Below are positions 1-11,289 of a stretch of 35,410 bases of DNA, piece after piece. The stretch lies in NCBI GenBank assembly GCA_000934665.2, contig KZ539045.1, positions 1 to 35,410 on the forward strand, read 5' to 3'. A program made the translations under genes and the position numbers. This stretch comes from Catajapyx aquilonaris (taxonomy: Eukaryota). The number at the start of each line of letters is the position of its first letter. Position 1 is the first letter of the stretch. Below the pieces are notes generated by a model. It was not told where the DNA came from. It saw only the letters and a list, made by a program, of their open reading frames with translations, and made no database searches.

Positions 1-128
1 CCCTTACCCAATGTCCTTGATTTCCCTGCACCGGAGTTGAATAAAAACCAAAAATAATTAAGAAAATATGGTGGTATCCCACCTCCCCTTAAAAAAAACC
101 ACTGGCTCTATCACAGGGTAGAAGAAGA
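1..128 (+). mobile_element. 3' end of a SINE copy (same family as 27421-27782), truncated by the window start
   Basis: Aligns by eye with the reverse complement of ~27455-27565: CCCAATGTCCT..TGCACCGGAGTTGAA..ATGGTGGT..CCACC..CTATCACAGGGTA versus CCCATTGTCCT..TGCACCGGAGATTGAA..ATGGTGGTG..CCACC..CTATCACGGGGTA. Followed by a short GAA-repeat tail. Confidence 0.75.
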
Positions 129-402
129 CATACAAAATCGTGTGTAACTCAATGAAAAATGCCTCGATTTGGCTGGAAACTATTTTGCAAAAATGTAGAC
201 AGTTGTCGATTTCAGATGTGTAAAAATAAAAATTCTGGCGGTGCATTGGAATTTGTCTAATTTAAAAAAACGGAACTTACTTTCTGGATGCGCCTCGTAT
301 CATGCTGCAAGCTGCCTAGGAGAAAAAGCTGCCAATTAGCCTGCTTTTATTTCATTATAGGAATCAGAATTAAGAATTATGCAAATAATATTAAAAGGGA
401 AT

Positions 403-580
403 TAGGGAAAGTATTTACGATATGTATTTAAATACTTCTGTATTTAAATACTCAGAAATGTATTGAAATACAGTATTTAAATACATGAAAATCAATGTAG
501 TTATAAATACATATCTAAATACCAAGAAGTATTTAAATACGTATTTAAATACATTTGTATTTAAATACTGCCCATCCCTG
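403..580. mobile_element. Degenerate hAT-like non-autonomous element with an array of palindromic GTATTTAAATAC motifs
   Basis: About 8-9 exact or variant copies of the 12-bp palindrome GTATTTAAATAC, ending in ...AAATACTGCCCATCCCTG. The reverse complement CAGGGATGGGCAGTATTT resembles a hAT terminus. The left end TAGGGAAAGTATTT is a degenerate match. No clear TSD. Confidence 0.55.
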
Positions 581-976
581 CTGATGGACATAGAACGTCG
601 CGTCATGCTGAAAAGAAACAATACAAGTCCACCCTGATTTGAACTCCGAACTTCGGCCTGGCTGGCTGGCTCACCAATAGACTAGTGCTTCTGAAAAAAA
701 AATCACGACAGCCCAGAAGGGTGTAGTGAAAAATTCTTCTGCACATGACTCTTATTTCAGGTGCATTAGGCCACAAATTCCTCGTCTCGAAGTGTGAGGT
801 ACCGGAAGCGTTTATTGTTAGAATTTGTTTTCTCGCCAATTCCAGCAATATTGCCGCATACGAAGAGGTGGGAAGGAATCTACTAGTAGAGGTTAGAAAG
901 CAGGAAGAAGTTTACACATCTATAGACTTGACAAAGAAAAAAATTTAATAATACCAAAAATTTCATCATCAACGAC

Positions 977-1054
977 ATTATGATGATTATTATGATGATG
1001 ATGATGATGATTATTATTATTATGATTATGATTATTATGATTATTATTATTATT
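977..1054. repeat. Compound (TTA/TGA)n microsatellite
   Basis: Direct reading of mixed TTA and TGA triplets. Confidence 0.95.
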
Positions 1055-1636
1055 AAATTGTTGGTAATATTAATGTAAGCCCTAACCGACGTCTTTAAAA
1101 TTTTTCAAAATGCATTTTTCTTTATCAAACTGTTCACGCCATGAACTGACAAAGGGTCCTATATACCCATCATTAGCAAAATAATGCAATTTTTAGACTG
1201 TGAATGCCGGCAGTTTCCCCCCCAATTATTATGTCTTGCATGCAGTAAACAATTGCTTCATTCCGGTACATGGACATGTGGTGTGTACCAAATGGCGAAA
1301 AGTGGCTGAAGACAACAAGGGTGTACTAAAACTTTCATCCCGAAAAATATTGCGCAAATGTGTCCATTTTGCATAAATGGAACCTGCACATTCAACCTGC
1401 AATTTGCAAATATTTCCATTTCGATTCAGCGCCAAAAATATGTAGGCACTACAGACCTATAGCGTAGGACTATACGCCATGTGGAACCAACACAGATGAC
1501 GGTCAGACGCAACGGTCGAAATTTTTGCCTCATTGCATAGCCAACAAATTCCACAAAATGTCGATTTGTCAGGCGCGGTTTAAAATGATTATACGTAAAA
1601 ATGTTCAAATGTAAATGCAACGAAATATTTAAGCTA

Positions 1637-1754
1637 CTGGGTGGAATTTTCGTCCCAGTGCTATATAGATACTGCTAACTTAGCAGTACCAGTGTTGGCA
1701 ATGATACTGATAAGTTAGCAGTAACTATAGCAGTGGGACGAAAATTCCACCCAC
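1637..1754. mobile_element. Small palindromic MITE flanked by TA (Tc1/mariner-like)
   Basis: Left TA-CTGGGTGGAATTTTCGTCCCAGTGCTATA versus the reverse complement of the right end TA-GTGGGTGGAATTTTCGTCCCACTGCTATA (2 mismatches). Inner arms TACTGCTAACTTA / TAAGTTAGCAGTA also pair. TA is present on both flanks. Confidence 0.7.
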
Positions 1755-2822
1755 TATTATTAGCATTAGTAGTAAGTTAATAGTACGAGTGTACGACAGT
1801 CATCACTGTCAAAAAACGTCATGGAAAAAAAATTGGAACTGCAAATAGTATTTATTTAAAAAAAAATCATACGAACATTGCGTTGGCTCAATATATCCTA
1901 CTAAATTTTAATGTACTGTTTAGTTACTTTATCTGGTTACATTGGTTTCTACCTGGCCTCTCAGGAACTAGTAATTCACTCACTGATTCTGTATAATGTG
2001 GAACAACACCCTGGTTTCATTATGTAATAATCTGCAGTGTAGCACAGAACCTAAGGTGGTACTGCACTGTGCCATTTGCCATAATATGGGTGTAGCATAT
2101 AGTATTTCGATATACCGTAGTGGCCTCAAATTATTCTCATTTAGTAAACAAGTAGAGCATTATTGTGCAAAACAAGCTATGTCCAATATATTACATAATT
2201 ATACTAGGCTACTTTGTACTTCTCTGGCAATACATACTATATTACGGACCTCAGGGACATTAAGTGGTGTCAGTGCAGCATATTTAGTTTCTCCATTCGA
2301 GAAGCACAATACAGTGAAACCTGTCTGTAAGAGGGCCATGGACAGAGCTGGTCTACAGCGGAAAATTTTTGCCTGTCAAACACGGAAACGTAAACAGCAT
2401 GTTTAGTCCCTCAATTCACCATGTATACTGTAATTCCACGCTAATAACAGCTGTTTAATAATTACACCCTGAATCCTTCCCTAAAACCCTGTAATTTTGC
2501 CTCCAAGAACTAAAATCCAATTAACGCCAAGCATGTAATAGTTACGTAAGAACACGGCATGCAACCTGACTATTCCACCCCGCAATCCTTGCAATAGAAC
2601 GATCTGTATTTAGCTACATCTGAAAATGGAGAACATTTATGACCACCATAATGAGAATACCAATCTTCATCTTTACACTATGTAACGGGTGTAAACCTTG
2701 TATAGCAGGGCACCTTATCCCCCCCTAGAGGGCCACATTGAGAGATAAGGAAAAAGCTAGTGCTCATCAGTTGGTCCTAGTCATGGTTATAGAAAGTAAG
2801 ATCTGGTCACTCCCACCCACCC

Positions 2823-3112
2823 CCTGCCGGGGCTTTTTGCAGGGGATGCTCACCTGAGAGCGCCATGAGACAATGCAGAGCCCAGGTAAGTGGCGACCCT
2901 ACCGGACTAGGCTGAACTTTATAGGTACGAAAGGGAAGGGCTACATTGGGGGACCCAATATGGTCGCCGGCGTCCATGATGGGCCCGCATGTAGCCCTTC
3001 CCTTTCGTACCTATAAAGTTCAGCCTAGTCCGGTAGGGTCGCCACTTACCTGGGCTCTGCATTGTCTCATGGTGCTCTCAGGTGAGCACCCCCTGCAAAA
3101 TGCCTCGGCAGG
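2823..3112. repeat. 290-bp near-perfect palindrome (fold-back element or MITE)
   Basis: Arms 2823-2946 and 2989-3112 (124 bp) are reverse complements with 4 mismatches, all in the outer ~40 bp. The 42-bp centre is itself an imperfect palindrome around GCCGGC. Confidence 0.92.
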
Positions 3113-4034
3113 TGATAACATCAGAATGTAGTATAAGTGTCCGGGGGCTGGTCCTAGTAGTCTTCCAAACAGATATAAGACAAACTGCATTGTTTTATCA
3201 ATGAATCTTGATCCAGCCTTTCTTCCATTTCAGCGATCAAAAATTTCCATCGATTTTAATATGAGATTTGGACGCAATCTATCTGATGAGCTGGCAAATG
3301 ATGTAGCCAATAAGATCCTGCATTCTACCACTGGGAGCGATTGAGGCGAGCAATTAGTCGGCGTTTACCCTTTGATTAGCTAGTCAGGATGTGCAAAAGC
3401 CAAGATTGGCATTGTCTCTGGCGCACCTACTTGCCAAGCAACTTTCTGAGCCAGCCAGGGTCGAGTGCTAGCTGGCAAGATGAAGTGAAGGGTGGAACGA
3501 GGGAAAAGATGCTGGGCTTGGCTCCAAAAATAAGGTTCCCAGATGGAACGAGATGAGCTCGTATCTTCTGCTTAATACACCTGCCCTGCGCTCTCTTTCC
3601 TTGCCCTCTCCCGCGTGTCATTAAGCCTCCAATTTCTTCCCAAGTGTCTGTGCCCTGCTTCATTATTACACATCTTTCCACCCCCCAAAAAATTCATAAT
3701 GTAGCAACTTTTTCTCTTATCATCTCCCCTGTTGATGAAGTAACAGTAATCATCTGACTTTTGCATACCTATAGGGATTTAAAGTGTCCTCTTGTAAACA
3801 CGGCCTAATAATCGACCTGGATAAATAAGCAAATAAGGGATAGGCCTATGCTTTGTTAATTTTATCTGTAAATCCACTGTTACACGGATAGGTAAGATTA
3901 ATTTCCATTTTGAACTTTAGCCGAGAATTTATTCACTAAGAATCCAGGACTTGACCCATGATCCGCCTTTAGGTGGACTACAAGTAAGTACAAACTATTT
4001 TGACGGTTTTCTCCTCCCAATTAATTCCTTTATC

Positions 4035-4109
<75 letters not shown>

Positions 4110-4131
4110 TGATGAGGAGGAGGAGGAGGAA
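4035..4131. repeat. (TAA)24 microsatellite grading into TGA and GAG triplets
   Basis: TAA repeats at 4035-4106, then (TGA)n and (GGA)n. Confidence 0.97.
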
Positions 4132-4659
4132 GAATGAGCTCAAAACGAGAAATCAAAGCTATGATGACGAAGCAGGTACGAGTATGCTACATATCATTAT
4201 GCTGTGGCGAAATTGTTCTTACTTTTATTGTTGATTTCTTGCGAATAAGTAAGCATGTTACGATGATTACAGTGAGAATGTAGACCCATGTGTATATTAT
4301 TGAATTCACTATAATTTTACACGTTACCTGGTAGAAGTGGCAAAGCCCGTACAACACCAGAGATGTTTACATTCATGAAAGTGTATACTTAAGAGAGGAA
4401 ATGACTAGCTATACAGAGATGCAAAACATGCCACTCGTATACCTAACTCAAAAGTTATGAGAGCCCAAAAAATGCGTGTCAAGCGTCGCAGATATTCACT
4501 CTCTGTGCTACACCTCTATTCCACGTTATGAGATTGGGCACCTCGAGAGAACCTGGAACATGGGATTAAAAGACATTTATGGAAGGGAGGGTTGGGTAGA
4601 AGTGAAAGGGAAATGTAATACGACGTACATGAACCAATTGACGTGTTTCTTGATCTTAC

Positions 4660-5206
4660 CAGAGGAAGAATAGTTTTCGGCAGTTTTTCCCAGGGTTTTT
4701 CCTGCCTGTTTTATGTTTTCATGTCTAGGAAAGTCGGAATATTACACGTTGTCCCATACAAAATGTATTTTGTGATTCCATCTCAAATAGAATCTGCTAC
4801 CATTGCCTCGTCTCACTATCGATTGACTTATTTTTGCAAGTAACCCAAGCATGTCTAGCGCGAATCACGATTTCCTTGATATGCTCATGTTTCAGTCTAT
4901 TCCTTGCAGCGTCTGCAAGGGAGAAACTTTCGTCCTCCCTATCTACAATCTCCGCCCAGAGCGATGAAAATTTTGAATATGAAAAGCTCAACCTGGATAA
5001 GCATACACCACTCCATGCTGTAACTTATTTCAGCAGTAGAACCCTATTTTTGGCAACCATGTTGGGAAAGTACAGTTCGCCTGCTATCATGGCTCTCCAA
5101 ATATCTGTACTAATAATCTAAAGCGATTGCAATATAAAATATTGCAACATTCAGATGGAATTACCTCGCGTATATACCGTAGTTCTGGCCCGCCTGTTGG
5201 ATACTC
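4660..5206 (-). other. Cluster of candidate short coding exons of an unidentified spliced gene
   Basis: Exon 5206-5165 (CAG|EYPTGGPELRYIRE|GTAATT) joins in frame across a 47-nt intron to an exon starting at 5117 (TTTAG|IISTDIWRAMIAG...). Strong acceptor TTTCTCCCTTGCAG before 4912 (AARNRLKHEHIKEIVIRARHAW). Exon 4724-4660 reads TTTCCTAG|HENIKQAGKTLGKTAENYSSS|GTAAGA. Not all joins could be phased and no homology was recognised. Confidence 0.3.
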
Positions 5207-6086
5207 CTGCTAATGTACACAGTGACCCGACGTGAATACAGAATAAATTGTAAGTTATGTACAGAAAGTCACATGATGCAACATTTTGTCACTTACAGTA
5301 ATTAAGATACTTAGTAGTTTGTATTGCCATATACTGTACAATCATAATAACTTATGTGTTAGATTAGTGTGCATAAACCCAGTAATGGCTATTGTTTCAA
5401 AGTTACAACAAAATAATATTCATCTCAGCTGTATAAAACTTGTACAATAGGCTTTATGATGATATTTGCACTGTGCTGTACAGGCAACATAAAGAGTGGT
5501 ATTCTCTAGCAAGTTTCCCATCTATAGGCCTACTATATGACTGTACCATAATCTCTATAGGAATATGTCTAAATCTGTGGCCCTTAACCCCATGGTGAGA
5601 AACGTTAGCTCCAAGGAAAACCAACAAATGAAGGCCTTATATGAAGAGATGCGAAGGGAGTCAGATTTGATGTTTTGGTATAGGATTCGTGGAGCGGGGA
5701 GGTCTTTGTGTCAAAGACAGGTAAGGAGAAATGCGAATGACAACTAAGATCAGAGGAAAGGACTATTGTTCCTGTTCATGATTAACTGCTACGAAATAAA
5801 AATATAATTAAGCTCTGTTAATTGCATTTCAGCTCTATACTGGTTCAGTGGAATCATGAATTTCTCAAAGCATCTTATTAAGGTTATTCTCTTCAAATTT
5901 CAAACAGACATTCAAACCCGGACTTTGTAATACACTGAAAGTGACAACCCAACTCGGCAAAAACAACTTACAACGCTGCAGGTTAATGGAAGCACATAAC
6001 ATAATCCTTTTGTAGTCTACTGCGTTTCTAGCATAATTCAAGTGCTTAAAATAGCACTGGAACAAATGACGTTTTTGCTACTGTAA

Positions 6087-6157
6087 TTATGTCAAGTGAA
6101 CGTAATCGTGTCAATAATATTAAATATTATTGACACGATTACGTTCACTTGACATAA
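6087..6157. repeat. 71-bp perfect palindrome (35-bp arms, 1-nt centre)
   Basis: TTATGTCAAGTGAACGTAATCGTGTCAATAATATT-A-AATATTATTGACACGATTACGTTCACTTGACATAA. Confidence 0.95.
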
Positions 6158-6161
6158 CTTG

Positions 6162-6204
6162 ACGATTATGAAAATCACCAAATTTTGGTGATTTTCATAA
6201 TCGT
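6162..6204. repeat. 43-bp perfect palindrome (21-bp arms, 1-nt centre)
   Basis: ACGATTATGAAAATCACCAAA-T-TTTGGTGATTTTCATAATCGT, 4 bp downstream of the 71-bp palindrome. Confidence 0.95.
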
Positions 6205-7509
6205 GCTTTCTTGCAAAATAGTGTACAACTAATCTCCAGTCCCACATGTTAATTTTTGGCAATTATACTGCCTACTGTGTGCTGAAATGCCATTACAAAT
6301 AATTGAGTGACCCAATCGTGTTCCATAATCATTGCCTCGTGGCATCTAATTATAAGCTACAAATATCTTCATATTAGCTAAAAGTGCTGCTCCTAATTCC
6401 GAAGCAACAATCCAAATCTGCCAACTTTAAGATCATTCGATAAGGTATTATAATGTAGCATATAGAAAACATAAGATCAGAAATGTAATTATGAATTCTA
6501 ACATTACCTCCATTAACTTCATAGCTCCATATGCCTAGTTCGCAATCACTGAAACGTGGCCTGAACTGTACCAATATAATAAATTTTTTGATAACGAGTA
6601 GATCTCCCTCCACCCCAATAGCCCATTCCTTTCCCTCTTGACCCCATATCCCTGGTGAATTATACGTCTCCTGTAGTGACACTGCGTGATTATAAACGCC
6701 CCGAGTTCTTCAATTAGGTGGCCATTATATCCTAGCGGATGCAAGACGAGTCCGATGGAGCCTAAACTCTCCTACATTGACCTTCCGAGTTGGGTAGTTA
6801 TCTTTCAACTGCAGGAAAGCACGGGGGGGAGGAACGAACCAAGAGAATTCCCTGCGGGATATAATGCAAACAGCGGTTCCATTGTGTGAAAGAGAATGAA
6901 GTCGAGGCCGTTCAATGCAAGAGGAGTAATATTTATGGATTTGGAGCTCCGAGGGGCTTTGTTGCGGGGGCTACAGACACTGCTGGACAAAGCTCAATCG
7001 TGCCACGGGCTCTTCAGGCCTCGGAGAGGGAAAATAAAGAAAACGGGAGGACAAAAATCCCATACATCCACGACTGCCAGAGGGATTGATTCCTATAGGC
7101 ACAAAATATTGGGGCGTGGTCCTCCACACCACCTCTACCAGCTTTGTGGATCATCCTAGTCGCTTCAGGGAAGCACTGCATACTATACAAGTCTACAAAT
7201 AAATACTGCCAACTCCGTCAGTGATAAACGCATGCAGCACCGGTACTAGAACGCTATTTACGACCTTTCCGACACATTATTAGAGCGCCTACCTCATACG
7301 TTTCCTGGTAGTAAATCTCCCATTGAAAAAGAGATTCGGCTGCATGGCTTTTAGAGGCGCAGGTAATTAATTAGTTCCAGCCATTGTACTCAAGGGTGTC
7401 CGTGCTAGCAATGCGTAAGTTTTTCCTGACTTGAGGTCCGTTTACTGGGACAGAATGATCATATCCAATAAGATATAAGGTATAATATAGGAATAAAAAC
7501 TCTACTCAC

Positions 7510-7634
7510 GAAATACCATGCAGAACTTGACTGATCACACCGACTTGGCATGGTAGCCGATTGTGGCATATTCTCTGGTGACTGCGTATGCGATGAGAAT
7601 GGAGAGGGGCGCAGAATGATGAGAAGCTTGGTTG
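7510..7634 (-). other. Candidate exon (125 nt)
   Basis: Acceptor TTCCTTTATCATTGCAG and donor GTGAGT. Two of the three frames are open. Product not recognised. Confidence 0.25.
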
Positions 7635-8165
7635 CTGCAATGATAAAGGAACATTCATTTTTTGATTCAGGGGGTTCACTATAAACTCACTTGTGCAGTT
7701 TGCCGTCAGCATTAGGTGTAGTTCAGTATTAACTACTTCCACGATTACTGTCTATTGCTTGAATTAAAGTCAACTGTGTTCTGGTTATAGCGACATATTT
7801 GCAGCGACACAAATTACAATGTGTTGAGTTACATATATGCTACCTGTACTGTACACATACGTTATGATACTTTTTGATAACTTCAATGAACTGTTCAATA
7901 ATTACATCCTTTATTCCAAGCAGTAAAAAAGAGCAAAGGTTTTTTTTTATCGTAAAACTGTGCAAAACTATTATAGTATAAGCTTAGTAGTGGTTAAAGT
8001 AATTATTATTTCACAGCATGACACGGTAGCTAAATTATACATCCACCCAAAATGTCTTCGGCTTGTTTCAGGTAATTGCTTTATGCATAATTGCGAGGAA
8101 AACTTGACGATATTCCATAATTATGTCCTGTGAGTTAAAGCGAAGCTAATCGTCTTAGCACCTAC

Positions 8166-8688
8166 CCCGTAACCTCAGGGTTAATATCACCAGAATGTAA
8201 CCTGTTTTGAAAACGACTGTAAATGATATGGAAACGAAATACAAAATTCACGTCATTTAATAACCCGGGTGATTCAGAAATCCAGTTCATTCACCTGCTG
8301 TTGTATTCCTTATTAAGCCATAACAAGTCTTAAATTTATAGGGGCGTGAAATATCGAGGAACCAACTGGTAAAGATGTAGACAACAAGAAGAATCCCTAG
8401 ACAGGCAGCAAACTATGCTGTACATGGCAGCCTCTCCTCCAGGCAATACACTCAAGCCTTTATCATTTTGTATTCAAGTAAGGAACATTATTTTGTGGAA
8501 TAACAGCCTACTTGTTTGGCCTTGTATATGGCACAGGTTTTGCTTTCCTTTTCTTTCCCCATGCTCCAGGATGATACGTATTGTATAGGTTGTTGGCACA
8601 CTTACTTAGAAGCGAGTCTATGGTCGTAGACATGTTTCGTATTATAGTAGGTCGTCTAACTACTCTAACAGATAGAGTACTATTTGGC
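8166..8688 (-). other. Three phase-compatible candidate micro-exons (8688-8606, 8328-8295, 8201-8174/8166)
   Basis: GTGTTTTAG|...|GTAAGT, then TTTAAG|...CAG|GTGAAT, then TTTTCAAAACAG|.... Spliced reading: PNSTLSVRVVRRPTIIRNMSTTIDSLL-N-LLWLNKEYNS-R-LHSGDINPE. Phases match at both joins. No family recognised. Confidence 0.3.
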
Positions 8689-10428
8689 CTAAAACACGTC
8701 AAAAATGTAGTGGGGAGAAATGTCGAGAAACCAACTGGTAACAAGGCAGACGACCAGACACATTGAGACACATGCTGCAACACAAAAGATTTTCAAAAAA
8801 TCCAAAATTTTGAAATGGGTTCCCGACAGCAAACAATATCAAAAGCCATTATAATACTGGTCCCTAATAGAAGAAAATTTGCTGTTCTTATCATTGCAGT
8901 ATTTATTATAAAAACGACGTGTTACGTGCATTACAAGCTAATGAAGTGTAAGCTTTATTACGCTCTAGATCCGCGTTAACATGGTCTCAGAAACTACGCG
9001 GCATTAGAGATGAGGGACATAGCAATTTACCTTTCCATAAAAATGACTCCAAAGGCAAAGAGTTCAGACAAAGTCTGGAAAGATAGTTGGAGAACAGAGG
9101 GGGTTAAAATTCGAGGCTCAACTACCGCGATAAGGTGACGGGGTAGAGATAAGAGCAGGAGGTAATATATCTACTAGCCGAACATCCCAAACGAGAAGTG
9201 GTTTGAGTGCATGCAAAGTCGAGTAATTACTATAGCAGAGAAAAAAAGGACCGGTCAGCCTCATAACCCGCCATTCTTGCAATCACCATTCGCATGCTAT
9301 GCCCAGGCAAATATCCGTCCTAAATGATGTGAGTTATTCAGCAAATGAAAAGTGAAATGTGGCTGCCTGCACACATCGCTGTGTTATATGAACTGTCCCG
9401 AATCAATGGCAACTGAATCCGCAAAATAACGAACTTCTTTTGAAGCGACAACGAAGGGAAAAGGGATGCTCCGTCCGCTTTATGTAAACATAATTTGCGT
9501 GTGGTTTTGCGAGCATACAGTTCCCATGGCAAAGTCCGCGTTTGTACTATAGATCAATGGCAGTAAAACAAACGCAATAGTGATGAATCAATGCAGGAAA
9601 TTCTGCATTGGGAATTAATAATTCCTGCATGCGACATTGCTAACCCATATGAAACGTGTTTTTATCTCAAAAAGTATAAGATTATTTTGTCTAAAATGGA
9701 AGAAAACATCAAGAACCAGTTTTACTCCCCACTGAAGTCACAGATCCCTCCCAGTGGAAATAAAATCGATTGGGTGCTGTTTTCCGATGGTGCATTTCAC
9801 ACTTGACTGCATAACTGGTGAGGTGACTAGTTATAAACTCCCCAATGCAACTGCACCTGAAAAAATTAATTAATAATCGAGAATTATTATACCCGGCGGT
9901 ATCGTTTTTAGTTTTGATTAAGCCAGACGCGATGTGCCTGCCAGATCAATATTTTATCTTACAGTATAACGTACTTGCAGCATTTATGTAATGTAGACTA
10001 AAATAATATCCAAAGTAATAACTCTCTCAGCCTTTGCCTGAGCCAAATCTGATAATGCCCGGGAGAGGAGAGTTCAGGATTTCACTCGCCATTTAGCCAC
10101 ATATTGTTCTTATCAGAGTTGAATGTTTCTCAGCCTAAACTGTGTAAAAATGTAGGCATTACTTTTTCAAAATACATGATAAATTAGAATTCCAGGTCAT
10201 CCCGCCATAGCAGTCACTAGCCCAAAACAAGTATATAATGTAGGGTTGAGAAATGTGAAAAACACAACCGGTAACGACGTAGATGACAATTTCCGAGACT
10301 CACGACACAGGATATGCTTGGGCGTACGGTCCAAGATAAGGTGCAAGGCTGTTGTTGGTTATGGCCGAGTCGAGTATAGGCCTGTCATAATCGCTGACCC
10401 TTGTTCAAGGATCTGGCCAAGGGGTTAA

Positions 10429-10537
10429 CCACTTCGGTACTCCGGTGCACAGGTGCAGTGGTACTCCCAGGTACTCCTTAGATACTTTACTCTTTGGTAC
10501 TCCTTGGTACTCCAGTGTACACTTTACAGTCGAGTGG
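10429..10537. mobile_element. piggyBac-like MITE with TTAA target-site duplication
   Basis: TTAA at 10425-10428 and 10538-10541. Termini CCACTTCG... and ...CGAGTGG. Five internal GGTACTCC repeats. Confidence 0.65.
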
Positions 10538-11229
10538 TTAAACCCCTTGGATCTGGCCCTCGTTTTGATACACATAAGTAAATAATTATTCCAGTAGGCA
10601 TATATTGAAAAACAACAAGATGATCCCACCTTTTCAGCAGTAATAAGCATAACGTCAATATTAGAGGTTTGAAATGGTATATTCCTCAAAGGTGGGGCAT
10701 CATTATACCATATCTGCAAGTGAAGCCGGGTTGGAACAGGGTATATTGACGTATTTTCCAGGTACGGTATAATAGACTCAAGTTCATTATTCTCGGTGGT
10801 TGAGCAAATAATTTGTTGACAAAATTGAGATGAACTGATGCTCACGTGTCAGCCAAAACCATGCAAAACCAACATCTATTTTTGGGTTCATTCAGGAGGG
10901 GAGAGAAGACGAAAAAAAAATGAACGAAATCTCAACCAAGCCAATCAGGATTTTCCAGGCATCATTATTCACTGAGGATATTCAAGCTGGACCCTCCGAT
11001 ATAGCTAGTCCGATAACCACTGGGGGGAATGAGTTTTCCACCGTCTGACTGAATTCTTCCAGCCTCCTTCCCCTGGAGGTAATGATGGGTCAGGGGTGGG
11101 AGTGTCGCGGGGAAAATTCCGCACCCTCCACTCCGCTATTCTCCCCTCTCTCCCCTCCACTACCCAACCAGACAATTCTGCTGGGACTACCAAACCTGCG
11201 CTCTCCACAATGGCATCCAAGAATCTCAC

Positions 11230-11289
11230 CTCCAAACGAATGACTATAGACAACAGAAACTTGATTTTTCTATTGACCTCTCCAATCAA
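11230..11289 (-). other. Candidate exon (60 nt; LIGEVNRKIKFLLSIVIRLE)
   Basis: Long polypyrimidine acceptor TTTCTTTTTATCCCTGTTTCCTCTAACAG and donor GAG|GTGAGA. Open phase-0/0 frame. Confidence 0.3.

Noticed and set aside
8..25. Apparent minus-strand micro-exon with good splice sites
   Set aside because: It lies within the SINE 3' fragment homologous to 27455-27565.
411..568. CRISPR-like repeat-spacer array
   Set aside because: The repeats are only 12 bp, spacers are irregular and very short, no cas genes are present, and the context is eukaryotic.
3234..3344. Possible plus-strand terminal exon (RSKISIDFNMRFGRNLSDELANDVANKILHSTTGSD*)
   Set aside because: The acceptor is good, but I could not establish a compatible upstream exon or any homology.
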